In this document: in pieces, positions 1-9,418 of the stretch
Numbering within the stretch: position 1 is the stretch's first letter
Layout: every line of letters starts with the position of its first letter
DNA from: an uncultured bacterium
GTDB taxonomy: Bacteria; Babelota; Babeliae; Babelales; Babelaceae
Length of the DNA stretch: 64,000 nucleotides
Direction: 5' to 3'
Assembly (NCBI GenBank): GCA_963713855.1
Contig: OY970209.1
Location: 193,071-257,070 of the forward strand
The notes under the pieces: model-generated
Told to the model about the DNA's origin: nothing
What the model saw: only the letters and a program-made list of their open reading frames with translations
The model's database searches: none
Made by a program: the position numbers and the translations under genes

Positions 1-956
1 AGAACGCTTTTCAATATCATGCAAAAAATGGCTCACCGTTTGCACCGTATGCGCCATTTCATCGGATATCTCATAAGACGCCCAGCTATCGTAACCGAGA
101 ATACGAGCTAATTGATCTCGCAGGGCTATAATTTCATGAAGCACCGGCTCATTTTGAGGGTAAGCTCTACTCATATAAGCCTGCCACATCTTCTGACGGG
201 TCGAACTTAAAGCTGCATTCTCCATGATTTTTGGATATGTAGGCGGATCAACAGGAACACGATAAAGTCCCTCAGGAGTTTTTGTAAGCCTTTTGATAAA
301 ATCGTCATCGAGACCAGCAAGAGCGTCGCGGGGTAAGGTAAGCTCTTTAATGTCGCTACTAATCGCTGCTTCAAATTTTTGCTCAAGGCGACCAAGCTCC
401 TTCTTAAGGCTTTTTATTTCTTTCTGCTGGGTTTCAGGTAAGTTCAAGCCACTGCGTTTAAAAGCTTCAAGCGTCTCTTTTAAATAATATTTTTCTTCAG
501 GATTTAATGATTCCCTTGTAGCGTTCTCAGCACTATACACAAGGAACGCTTTATATAGGGAGATATTTTGAGTCAATTCATCAATGCGAAATGCGAGAAG
601 CTTTGTAAATCCTTCCTCGCAAGAAGAACGAATTTTTTCTTCAGGGCTGACTCTCTGGAGTGTCAGAAGAACACTCATTTGTTGGTCAAGTAAAGAGAGA
701 GCTCGATCGTAGGTGTAGCATATAGTAGTAAAATTTCTTTCTTCAGGGTGCGTATTTATAAGCGTGGCAACCTGTTGACGAACTTTTTCAATAACACTAT
801 CTACAGATTCTCGCACACCTTCGGGATTTTGTGGAAAAAGTTTTAAAACATCTTCTGCGGTCTCAATAATAGGATCCATAAACTCCGGTCCTAGTTTAAA
901 AAAACAAGCCTGTAGGAAGCATAACAGTAAAAGTAGACTTAACACTATATATGACA
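1..956 (-). CDS. Partial CDS (N-terminal ~318 aa; 3' end beyond the window start): M3-family metallopeptidase (oligopeptidase A / thimet-like) with signal-like N-terminus
   Basis: Manual minus-strand translation from the ATG at 956 is open to position 1 (MSYIVLSLLLLLCFLQACF...ETLEAFKRSGLNLPETQQKEIKSLKKELGRLEQKF...QKMWQAYMSRAY...). Pattern resembles the N-terminal helical region of M3 oligopeptidases. Not in the ORF track because it is truncated. Confidence 0.5.
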
Positions 957-1012
957 TGGCTACTCATCACACATCCTTTTCTAGGGTTTTTCTTAAGTGA
1001 CAATTTAGTGTA

Positions 1013-2971
1013 TCAAAGAAGTCGTTTAAGTTCAAACCACTCTTCCCGCAACTTAATTGCGTGCTCAAAATCAAATTTTTCAGCGGCTTGGTCCATTTGC
1101 TTTTCAAGTTGCGCTATACGAGCTACAAGCGTGCTATAATCTAGTTCTTCTTTACGGCCTTTTGCTCGTTTGCCTTTAGAAGCTGCAGCAATTGCTTTTT
1201 GGAGAGGAGAAATGCTTTTAGTTACTTCTCGCTTTACCGAAAGTGGCTCAAAGTTGTGCTTTTCATTATATTCTTGCTGCAATTCACGTCGACGACTTGT
1301 CTCTTCTATCGCTGCCTGCATCGAACGCGTTATGCGATCAGCATAGAGGATGACCCTGGAATTAACATTTCGAGCTGCTCGGCCCACAATTTGTATTAAT
1401 GACCGTTTATCACGTAAAAAGCTTTCCATATCAGCATCGAGAATAGCAACAAGCGCTACTTCGGGTAAATCGAGACCCTCCCGGAGAAGGTTGACACCAA
1501 CCAAACATTCAAAAACGCCAAGGCGCAGCTTGTGTAAAAGTTCTGTACGCTGGGGTGTTTTGATATCGTGGTGCATATAGCAAACTTTTATATGATTTTC
1601 TTCAAGATAACGTGCAAGCTCTTCCGCCAATTTTTTTGTCAGCACCATGACCAATGATCGTCCACCTTGAGCGCTCACACTTTTTATAGACTCTATAAGA
1701 TTTGTCATTTGGCCTTCACGCGGGTGCACCTCAATTAAAGGATCGACTATACCTGTAGGCCTAATAACCTGTTCAACAACTTTTTGACTATGCGAAAGCT
1801 CATATTCACCAGGTGTTGCAGAAACAAAAATAACGTCTTCAAAATAGCGCTCAATCTCCTCAAACTTAAGTGGCCTATTATCACGCGCTGAAGGCAACCT
1901 AAAACCAAAATCTACCAATGATTGCTTTCTTGCTTGGTCTCCACCGTACATTCCCCGCAGCTGCGGGATGGTAATGTGGGACTCGTCAATAACAAGAAGA
2001 AAGTCGTCAAAAAAATTAAGAAGGCAATAAGGTGGCTCACCCGGCTTTCTGCCATCAAAATGGACAGAATAATTTTCGATTCCAGGACAGATTCCCGTCT
2101 CATGAAGAAGTTCTATGTCATGAGCTACACGCATTCTTAACCGTTCTTGGTAAAGCGGATTTGAAAGCTGTGGTAGCCAGCCTTCAAGCTCAGTTTCAAT
2201 ACTTTTGAATGCACTTGCTCGCTTATCATCCGTTGTGACAAAATGACGAGCTGGGAAAATAAGCACGTTATCAAGCTCAGAAAGCACTTTATTATCAAAA
2301 CGGCTTACCCACTCAAGGCGTGATATGTTGGAGCCATCAAGCTCAATACGCAATTTTTCCCTCTGATACGGAAGCAAAACCTCAATAGCTGACCCATAGA
2401 CCTGAAAGGTACCCGGCTCTTTTTGAGTTTCATTTCGCATATACTGAATATAAATGAGCTGCCGAATAAGGTCTGACCTCGTAATAGAATCACCTAACTT
2501 CAACGGAAGGGCTAATTTCTTATAATCCGAAGGGTTTCCCAACGAGTAGATGCAAGAAACTGACGCCACGACGATTGTATCAGGTCTATTAATAATAGAA
2601 GCTGTGGCCTCTATGCGAAGACGCTCTATCTCGCTATTAATCTTGGTCTCTTTAGGAATATACATATCCTGAGCCGGTAAATAAGACTCGGGCTGGTAAT
2701 AATCGTAATAACTCACAAAATAGCAGACCTTGTTTTCAGGAAAGAAGAGCGAAAACTCTTCATACAATTGCGCTGCAAGCGTTTTATTAGGAGAAAGCAC
2801 GAGAACCGGCTTATCTTGCTTTGCTATAACATTTGCGATCGTATATGTTTTTCCTGATCCGGTCACACCCATAAGCGTTGACTTTCCAGGCCTTATTGCT
2901 GAAAGTTCCTCTATCGCCCGTCCCTGATCACCGGCTGGGGCAAAAGGAGCTCGTAGTTTAAAAAGTGCCAT
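1013..2971 (-). CDS. uvrB: Excinuclease ABC subunit B (UvrB)
   Basis: 652 aa. N-terminal PxGDQ motif, Walker A GVTGSGKT, helicase motifs, and C-terminal UVR domain (EKFDFEHAIKLREEWFELKRL). Confidence 0.95.
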   Translation of the reverse strand: MALFKLRAPFAPAGDQGRAIEELSAIRPGKSTLMGVTGSGKTYTIANVIAKQDKPVLVLSPNKTLAAQLYEEFSLFFPENKVCYFVSYYDYYQPESYLPAQDMYIPKETKINSEIERLRIEATASIINRPDTIVVASVSCIYSLGNPSDYKKLALPLKLGDSITRSDLIRQLIYIQYMRNETQKEPGTFQVYGSAIEVLLPYQREKLRIELDGSNISRLEWVSRFDNKVLSELDNVLIFPARHFVTTDDKRASAFKSIETELEGWLPQLSNPLYQERLRMRVAHDIELLHETGICPGIENYSVHFDGRKPGEPPYCLLNFFDDFLLVIDESHITIPQLRGMYGGDQARKQSLVDFGFRLPSARDNRPLKFEEIERYFEDVIFVSATPGEYELSHSQKVVEQVIRPTGIVDPLIEVHPREGQMTNLIESIKSVSAQGGRSLVMVLTKKLAEELARYLEENHIKVCYMHHDIKTPQRTELLHKLRLGVFECLVGVNLLREGLDLPEVALVAILDADMESFLRDKRSLIQIVGRAARNVNSRVILYADRITRSMQAAIEETSRRRELQQEYNEKHNFEPLSVKREVTKSISPLQKAIAAASKGKRAKGRKEELDYSTLVARIAQLEKQMDQAAEKFDFEHAIKLREEWFELKRLL

Positions 2972-3111
2972 AGTTTATGTTTCCTTTATTTTTACCAATT
3001 ATAGCATCAAAAACCGCTTCTGGCTATCTAAATGAACATATACCCATAGCAAAAAAAGAGGTATCTACCAGTGCGGGCAGATACCTCAAAGTTGATTACT
3101 AAAAATAGATT

Positions 3112-3882
3112 TTAAAGCTCTGTTCGCTCTTTCGGGCCTTCAAGGTCAAAGGGCGCTTTAAGTTTTCGCTTACAATCTATAAGCATTTTGCTTGCCTTTC
3201 TATGTAAGGCTTGATAGTCGTCGCTTAGAGCCGCAAACTCAATGCCTGCAGTGCCGGGCTCAACATCGTTAACCTTATTCATGGCATCAAGCAGATTAGA
3301 ATACATGGTTTTTAGCACGGATCGGGCCATAAAGCGCTCAGCCTTTGCACTATCGTTTTTCAAGCAATAGATAATTGCCAAATTATAGAATGTCTTAAAA
3401 TCAAATAATCCATCCAATCTAGCCGCCTTTATAAACGTTGCTTCAGATTCATCCAAAGCGCCTTTATTATACTGGAGAACGCCAAGATTAAGATGTGCTT
3501 GCTCAAGATCTTCATCTAGTATTGTAGCTTCTTTGTAAAAGGCTTCGGCCTCATCCAAAAGTCCCCGTTGATGATAGAGTAAACCCAGATTAAACCATGC
3601 GATAGCTGATTTTTCTGCCGCTTTTCGGTACATAAGCTCTGCTTCATCTATTTTATCATTTTCAAGTAAAAGATTTGCATAAGCTATTGTAGCATCAACA
3701 TTGGAAAGTCCAACTTCTTCAAGAAGATAATCCTCATGAATACTCTCCCAATCACTATCATCCGGCGGTAAAAAAGCCCAATGCGTTGCTAGTTTTGTGT
3801 CCTTAGGACACTGAACTTCTGTTACAGAGAACAATAATGAGTGTGCTAGTAGTAAACTCATACCTGCTAATACGAGTATCAT
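3112..3882 (-). CDS. TPR-repeat protein with signal peptide, probable lipoprotein
   Basis: 256 aa. N-terminal hydrophobic signal ending in Cys (LLFSVTEVQC). Repeated TPR-like Ala/Tyr/Leu heptads (AYANLLLENDKIDEAELMYRKAAE..., WFNLGLLYHQRGLLDEAEAFYKEA...). Confidence 0.7.
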   Translation of the reverse strand: MILVLAGMSLLLAHSLLFSVTEVQCPKDTKLATHWAFLPPDDSDWESIHEDYLLEEVGLSNVDATIAYANLLLENDKIDEAELMYRKAAEKSAIAWFNLGLLYHQRGLLDEAEAFYKEATILDEDLEQAHLNLGVLQYNKGALDESEATFIKAARLDGLFDFKTFYNLAIIYCLKNDSAKAERFMARSVLKTMYSNLLDAMNKVNDVEPGTAGIEFAALSDDYQALHRKASKMLIDCKRKLKAPFDLEGPKERTEL

Positions 3883-3891
3883 AAGACCTCC

Positions 3892-5052
3892 TCACCTAGT
3901 TAGAGAGTTTTTCCGACATCTAGCATACAAAGATTCCATAGCTTGAGCAACACACTCGGGATGATACTTTTTAGAAGTTCTAAAAGCAGCAATAGAAAGC
4001 TCCCTTAAGCGTTCTGGGTTTTTTGAGAGAAACAGTAAGCGTTCAACCATTTCACTTTCCGAATTAACTAAAAAACCATTCACTCCATCGATTACCACAT
4101 CACTCACGCCACTACCCGCAAATGCTATGACAGGGGTGCCCTGTGAAAATGCTTCGGCTAAAACAATCCCCTGAGTTTCTGATCGTGAAGCAAAAATAAA
4201 GATATCAGCATCTTTGTAGCCTTCTAAAAGTTCAGATTTAGCTGGTTTTTCGATAAATATAGTTGCATCTGGTGACAGACTCAGTTTTTCGTATGCATAC
4301 TCGCGTAAAGACTCGAGCAATGGCCCGTAACCAATCAATGTCAATTGAGAAGAAGGGCACACTTTTTGGAATACGCAAAATGCCGAGAGGAGCGCTTCGA
4401 TATTTTTTTCAGGAACAAAGCGAGATACAGTCAACAAACGTAGAGAACGACCAACAAAAGGACTTTTGAGGGGACATGTTTTTTGAAGAAAAAGAGGGGC
4501 AATACTGCTTGAAACGACGCTTATTGACGTATTTAATGACGTATCAGTAATGTAGGTTTTGACCGACGCGGTAGGTGCTATAACATGGTCTACTTTCTGG
4601 CAAAAACGGCTTACAACCTTTTTGATGAGGGGCTTTAACAAAAATGAAGGAAATGGTATATAATGGGCATACTCAGCATAGAGAGTATGATGTGTAAAGA
4701 TGACGGGAACACGAAAGACGCGAGCAACGTTAAGTGCTACAGGACCTAGCCCGAAAGGATGATGAACGTGCACAACTGAAGGCCTCCAACGTTCAAAAAT
4801 AGCTTTCATTTGAGCTTTTGTTCGTATGGGTATAGGGATTATGTTCTTTTTGTACGAAAAGCGACCCAGACAGGTTATTCTCTCAACATATGCCTCTTCC
4901 AGTGACTCTTTTTCAAAAGCGAATGTTACAACTACAACTGTGTGGCCTCTACTACGCAGTTCCGACGCTAAAGACTGTATGGAGCTAACAACTCCTCCAC
5001 TATAGGGTGTATAGTTATTTGTCACCATTAAAATGGTGTACGAGCTTGACAT
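3892..5052 (-). CDS. Glycosyltransferase family 4 (GT-B fold, group 1)
   Basis: 386 aa. C-terminal GT4 signature region (FIFASRSETQGIVLAEAFSQGTPVIAFAGSGVSDVVIDGVNGFLV). Tandem on the same strand with the TPR gene. Confidence 0.75.
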   Translation of the reverse strand: MSSSYTILMVTNNYTPYSGGVVSSIQSLASELRSRGHTVVVVTFAFEKESLEEAYVERITCLGRFSYKKNIIPIPIRTKAQMKAIFERWRPSVVHVHHPFGLGPVALNVARVFRVPVIFTHHTLYAEYAHYIPFPSFLLKPLIKKVVSRFCQKVDHVIAPTASVKTYITDTSLNTSISVVSSSIAPLFLQKTCPLKSPFVGRSLRLLTVSRFVPEKNIEALLSAFCVFQKVCPSSQLTLIGYGPLLESLREYAYEKLSLSPDATIFIEKPAKSELLEGYKDADIFIFASRSETQGIVLAEAFSQGTPVIAFAGSGVSDVVIDGVNGFLVNSESEMVERLLFLSKNPERLRELSIAAFRTSKKYHPECVAQAMESLYARCRKNSLTR

Positions 5053-5094
5053 CTAGTTTGAAGCCTTAAGAAAATAGATAAGAGCTATTCGCGC

Positions 5095-5505
5095 TCACTC
5101 TAGCTCATCGAGTAAATCTTGGCAAACTTTGGCACAGTGATTGGCATTTTTTGTTAATGCCATACATGAATCGATACAAGCACGGTCCGGCGCTCTGCAT
5201 ACTTGTGCTGTCACCTGCGCTATTTGCACCGTTTTTTTGCACGCATGCGCGACAGCTTTTACTAAATCTTCGTAGTCGGATTCGGCGGAATTCTCGTACT
5301 TTTGTAAAGCCTCCAGCGTATCGTTGCAATCGTCCACAAGTGATTCCCATATCTGAATACACCTTACGCGCTCTTCATCACATTCTATCTCGTCTGTCCC
5401 TTGGCATTCAGCGACCAAACTTTGACCGGCATCTACACTTTCTTCACAGGAATCAATACATGCATCAAGGCTTTCGATGAGATCTAATGTTAAGCTCTTT
5501 TTCAT
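5095..5505 (-). CDS. Small acidic Cys-rich protein, possible four-helix-bundle metal-binding (DUF326-like?)
   Basis: 136 aa with 12 Cys arranged as CxxxC pairs (CIDSC twice, CAKVC). Highly acidic, no signal peptide, predicted helical. Confidence 0.4.
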   Translation of the reverse strand: MKKSLTLDLIESLDACIDSCEESVDAGQSLVAECQGTDEIECDEERVRCIQIWESLVDDCNDTLEALQKYENSAESDYEDLVKAVAHACKKTVQIAQVTAQVCRAPDRACIDSCMALTKNANHCAKVCQDLLDELE

Positions 5506-5578
5506 ATACGCTCCTTATAACAGTCGATATAAACATATATTATCTTAAAACAATATTTTACCTCAAGCCAAGAATCTC

Positions 5579-6811
5579 ATGAGGTCTTCCGTATTTTTTC
5601 TTTCAAAAGAGCAACAAATGAGTACATTTTTTAAAATAGTTTACACTAGCCATAAATACATCATAGACTCAACGAAAAAGGATAAAGGGAGAAAAAAAAT
5701 GTATAGAACGGTAGGCTTTCTTATGTTATTAAACACTATGTTTTTGTCACCTATTTCAACAACTGAGCACCCCAACTCCACGAGCATCGATATACATGAT
5801 TCAATAGATAATTTTAAAGCGACCCCCATTACCATTGTTCGAAGAGCTGCCTTTGACATCGGCTCTTTGACGACAAAAATGATTGTTGCTGACGTTGATA
5901 CAAAAACAAAGAAAATTGTGCGAGTTCTTCTTAAGGACGTACGCCGTGTCGGTTACAAGAATGATCTTGAACGTCCATCAAGTGATGGCAACTTTACAAA
6001 AGATCTTATAGAAGAAGGTGTTCAAGGGCTACGAGAGCTAAAAGCTCAAGCAGAAGGTCTTTCACCAGCACCTCAAGAATATGTAGCTGTAGCCACTGCA
6101 GCGCTACGAGCAGGGCTTAATAGTCAAGCAGTCGTTTCTACTATTAAACAGAAGCTTAATATACCCGTCTACATTATTAACCAAGATGAAGAAGCTCGCC
6201 TAGGCTTTAACGGAGCTATTATTGCTGTTGGATCAGATCCGCTCAAAACACTTGTATGGGATATGGGTGGCGGAAGCATGCAGATGATAGCTCACAAAGA
6301 TGGCACATTGCTTACCTACGGTAACGAGCTAGGGTTTATAGCATTTGCTCGTAAAGTAATGTCTGAGATCCAGGGTAAAGAACTTGATGCAAAGGCTACC
6401 CCAAATCCTTTAAGCCTTGATGATGCAACTGAAGCTATCGAATTAGCAAGCAAGCTAGCGCTAAAGCTGCCTTCTTTTGTGCTGGAAAAAGCAAAAGATC
6501 CTTCAACAAGAGTGATCGGAATCGGAGCGCTCTATTACGCAACACATGGCCCAGAACTTCGAGTTCAAACAAATCTCATTGATGGTTTGCCTCAACGTGG
6601 CATTTTAACACGTCTTATGTACAGAATAAGAAAAACTGATGAAGAATTGATACCGCTTACTCATAAAGCGATACCCACGCTTGTAAGCGCAACCTCATTG
6701 GCCCTCATTCTTGGATTTATGAAAGGGCTTTCACTTGAAGAATTAACAACTGTCGAAGTCAATATGACCGATGCTCTTTTAGTAGATGAACAGTATTTTA
6801 AACTTAAATAG
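5579..6811 (+). CDS. ASKHA-fold nucleoside phosphatase (Ppx/GppA-family or CD39/NTPDase-like) with signal/TM-like N-terminus
   Basis: 410 aa. Phosphate-binding motifs AAFDIGSLTTKMIV and LVWDMGGGSMQMIAH (DxGS...T and DxGGGSxQ). Alternative start at 5699 (MYRTVGFLMLLNTMFL) gives a hydrophobic leader. Confidence 0.6.
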   Translation: MRSSVFFLSKEQQMSTFFKIVYTSHKYIIDSTKKDKGRKKMYRTVGFLMLLNTMFLSPISTTEHPNSTSIDIHDSIDNFKATPITIVRRAAFDIGSLTTKMIVADVDTKTKKIVRVLLKDVRRVGYKNDLERPSSDGNFTKDLIEEGVQGLRELKAQAEGLSPAPQEYVAVATAALRAGLNSQAVVSTIKQKLNIPVYIINQDEEARLGFNGAIIAVGSDPLKTLVWDMGGGSMQMIAHKDGTLLTYGNELGFIAFARKVMSEIQGKELDAKATPNPLSLDDATEAIELASKLALKLPSFVLEKAKDPSTRVIGIGALYYATHGPELRVQTNLIDGLPQRGILTRLMYRIRKTDEELIPLTHKAIPTLVSATSLALILGFMKGLSLEELTTVEVNMTDALLVDEQYFKLK

Positions 6812-6819
6812 GCCTAGTT

Positions 6820-7704
6820 ATGAAAAAGAACCTCGCTTCTTGGATGACAAATCCTGACAAAGTCCTTTTTCCCAAAAGCGGAATCACCAAATCTGATCTT
6901 GCTGATCATTACGAGAACGTAGCTCCTTTGATGATTCCGCTTATAAAAAATCACCCTATAGCCATGCAGCGCTTTCCAAATGGGATCGACCAAGAAGGAT
7001 TTTACCAAAAAGATATGCCAAGCTATTTTCCTTCCTGGATTGATCGTGTGGAGATTAAAAACAAAGACGGATCGCATACGACCTACGTTATGTGCCAAAA
7101 TGCCAAAACACTTGTTTATTTAGCTTATCAAGCATGCATCACCATGCATGAGCTTTTAAGTAGATCAGACAAGTTACAGTATCCCGATCGGATGATTTTT
7201 GACTTAGATCCGGGACCAGGTGTCACCTTTTCCCTCATTAAAAAAACAGCTCTCCTCATAAATGCGCTTTTATCTAACAATGGGATGACTGCTTTTACCA
7301 TGACAACCGGTTCTCGAGGTATGCACGTCGTAGTACCTTTACGCCGCATGTATACTTTCAAATACACCCATGCATATGCTCAACACATTGGACAAATACT
7401 TGTAGCTGCACACCCTGATCTTTTCACCGTTTCGGTAAGTAAAAAGGAGCGTAAAGGCAAAATTTTTATAGATTTTATACGCAACACCTTTGGGCATATG
7501 GCAGTAGCTCCTTATGCAGTACGACCTATCGAAAATGCGCCCGTTGCAACACCACTTGCCTGGTCGGAAATAAAAGATCCACGTCTTGAATCACAATCGT
7601 ATACGATCAAAAATATAGGCGCACGCATAAAAAAAGTTGGTGACGTATGGCCTGACTTTTTAAAAATAAAAAACAGACTGCCCTCAACCATTAAAAGTTT
7701 TTAG
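6820..7704 (+). CDS. LigD-type primase-polymerase domain protein (NHEJ PolDom, AEP superfamily), standalone
   Basis: 294 aa. Catalytic motifs MIFDLDPGPG (DxD) and TTGSRGMHVVVPL (SGxxGxH), and size typical of LigD Pol domains. 8 nt downstream of the previous gene on the same strand. Confidence 0.7.
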   Translation: MKKNLASWMTNPDKVLFPKSGITKSDLADHYENVAPLMIPLIKNHPIAMQRFPNGIDQEGFYQKDMPSYFPSWIDRVEIKNKDGSHTTYVMCQNAKTLVYLAYQACITMHELLSRSDKLQYPDRMIFDLDPGPGVTFSLIKKTALLINALLSNNGMTAFTMTTGSRGMHVVVPLRRMYTFKYTHAYAQHIGQILVAAHPDLFTVSVSKKERKGKIFIDFIRNTFGHMAVAPYAVRPIENAPVATPLAWSEIKDPRLESQSYTIKNIGARIKKVGDVWPDFLKIKNRLPSTIKSF

Positions 7705-7855
7705 CAAGCTAGAGATACGAACAAGCAAAAAACATTGCACTTTCTTTAAAAGTCTTGCCTAGCGATTACAATTTAAATGGCTTATTTGAAATTTTGTTTA
7801 CCTATTTTTATTTTTTGATAGACTAAGTAAATAATATATAACCAGGACACTTTCT

Positions 7856-9418
7856 ATGTTTTATTCTTTTTCTCGGCGCCTTGCCTATGCGACGCTTATT
7901 ACGGTTTTTATAGTAAGTACTGGTGAAGTATTCGGAACTATAGCGCCTACTTCACCTAAAAAAATCGTTGTTGTCTGGTCTAAGGGGGGTAAAGCACACG
8001 AGTCGATGCTAAAAGCGCTTGATGATTTAGGAGATGGATATACGCTTATTCCTCTTAATCCTTTTGACAGCTTATGGACTGCAGATGACGCCGGTCGAGA
8101 GGCAACAGATGAGGTTATCAACGATCTTGCTTCCATATTAAATTTACCTCCTCTTAACGGAAAAGCGGTCTATAACCTCTTCAGACACCGTGATCTTGCA
8201 TCATCTCTCACGCTTGGTTTTGAGATGGCTAAATGGCTTGGAAAATCACCCAAAAACACTTTAAAGCTCCTTTTTAGTTACAAAGACCTCGTTCAAGAAA
8301 ACCTATCCGGTTTATCTGATACGATCAACGAAATTGCAAGTAAAGGCGGAGAAGATTTTTACAATTTCCTCCTTCGTAACGATCAGATAGAACTTGCTAA
8401 TAGTTTATTTAAAAAGACTGCTCAAGACATTGTCGATAATGAGGAGATGGTCGAAGAACGATTCAAAGACTATTTTGAATCAGAAAAGCCCGATTTGGTA
8501 ATTTCGGTCATGCCTCTTTTTAATAGCGTTATTTATAAAGCAACTGAAGCTTTAGAGATACCTTTTTTACTGATAGCTCCAGATTTTGATATTAGTGAGC
8601 ACTATTTTCCTGGAGCTAAGCCCGCAAACAGTAAGCATTTTAAATATACGTTGCCCCTCAAAGATGCGAGTCTCGAACGGAAAATAGAAAAAGCAGGAAT
8701 ACCAAAAGAACTTTGTGCTTTACATGGTTTTCCCCTCCGTTCACATTTTCTTGAGCCAAAAGATAAAACCGAACTCAAAGAGCAGTTTAATATTCCATTC
8801 AATAAGCCTGTTATTATGCTTCTTGCAGGTGGATCTGGTGCTTATAAAATGCAGACGCATCTCGAGCATCTAATGCATACCAAGTACCCCATTCATATTA
8901 TTGCGTGCTCAAGTACTAACGATGAACTTGCTCAAGCGATAGAAGAGTATGCAGAGGACTTACCTGATCATATTACACTAACACATGTTCCATACATGGA
9001 AAAAATATCTGATATGATGGCGGTTTCAGACGTTCTTATTACAAAGTCCGGACCATCTTCGCTTTGTGAAGCATTTCAACTCCAAATACCCGTCATCGTT
9101 GATGCAACTTCTACCATTCTAGATTGGGAAAAAAGCCATGTTAATCTTGTCGAAAAACGTCGGTTAGGCAAGGTCATAAGAAATATGAATGAGCTTGATA
9201 GCGCATTAGATACAATATTTCACGACAAAAAATATATAGACCAAGTCAAAGCATCGCTGACACATTTTGACAATAGTGACTTCATCGTCCGGCTAAAGGA
9301 ACTTATAGCACAAACTATTACTCAATCTGAAAGCAAAAAAAGCCTGGGTACTACCATCGTAGTGAGCACTCTTGTTCTTGCAAGCGCCGTTTTAGCAGTA
9401 CTAAAGCAACGCATATGA
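7856..9418 (+). CDS. Glycosyltransferase family 28, monogalactosyldiacylglycerol synthase / UgtP-like, with C-terminal TM
   Basis: 520 aa. LLAGGSGAYK..., PIHIIACSSTNDELAQ..., MMAVSDVLITKSGPSSLCEAFQLQIPVIV match MGDG-synthase / MurG-like C-terminal domain motifs. Hydrophobic C-terminal tail. Confidence 0.65.
   Translation: MFYSFSRRLAYATLITVFIVSTGEVFGTIAPTSPKKIVVVWSKGGKAHESMLKALDDLGDGYTLIPLNPFDSLWTADDAGREATDEVINDLASILNLPPLNGKAVYNLFRHRDLASSLTLGFEMAKWLGKSPKNTLKLLFSYKDLVQENLSGLSDTINEIASKGGEDFYNFLLRNDQIELANSLFKKTAQDIVDNEEMVEERFKDYFESEKPDLVISVMPLFNSVIYKATEALEIPFLLIAPDFDISEHYFPGAKPANSKHFKYTLPLKDASLERKIEKAGIPKELCALHGFPLRSHFLEPKDKTELKEQFNIPFNKPVIMLLAGGSGAYKMQTHLEHLMHTKYPIHIIACSSTNDELAQAIEEYAEDLPDHITLTHVPYMEKISDMMAVSDVLITKSGPSSLCEAFQLQIPVIVDATSTILDWEKSHVNLVEKRRLGKVIRNMNELDSALDTIFHDKKYIDQVKASLTHFDNSDFIVRLKELIAQTITQSESKKSLGTTIVVSTLVLASAVLAVLKQRI

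Noticed and set aside
1350-1580. 76-aa plus-strand ORF (also 1199-1399, 1922-2140, 2730-2927)
   Set aside because: Embedded antisense within the well-supported uvrB CDS. Arg/Ser-rich composition typical of antisense frames.
6814-7098. 94-aa minus-strand ORF
   Set aside because: Overlaps the PolDom gene antisense. No support.
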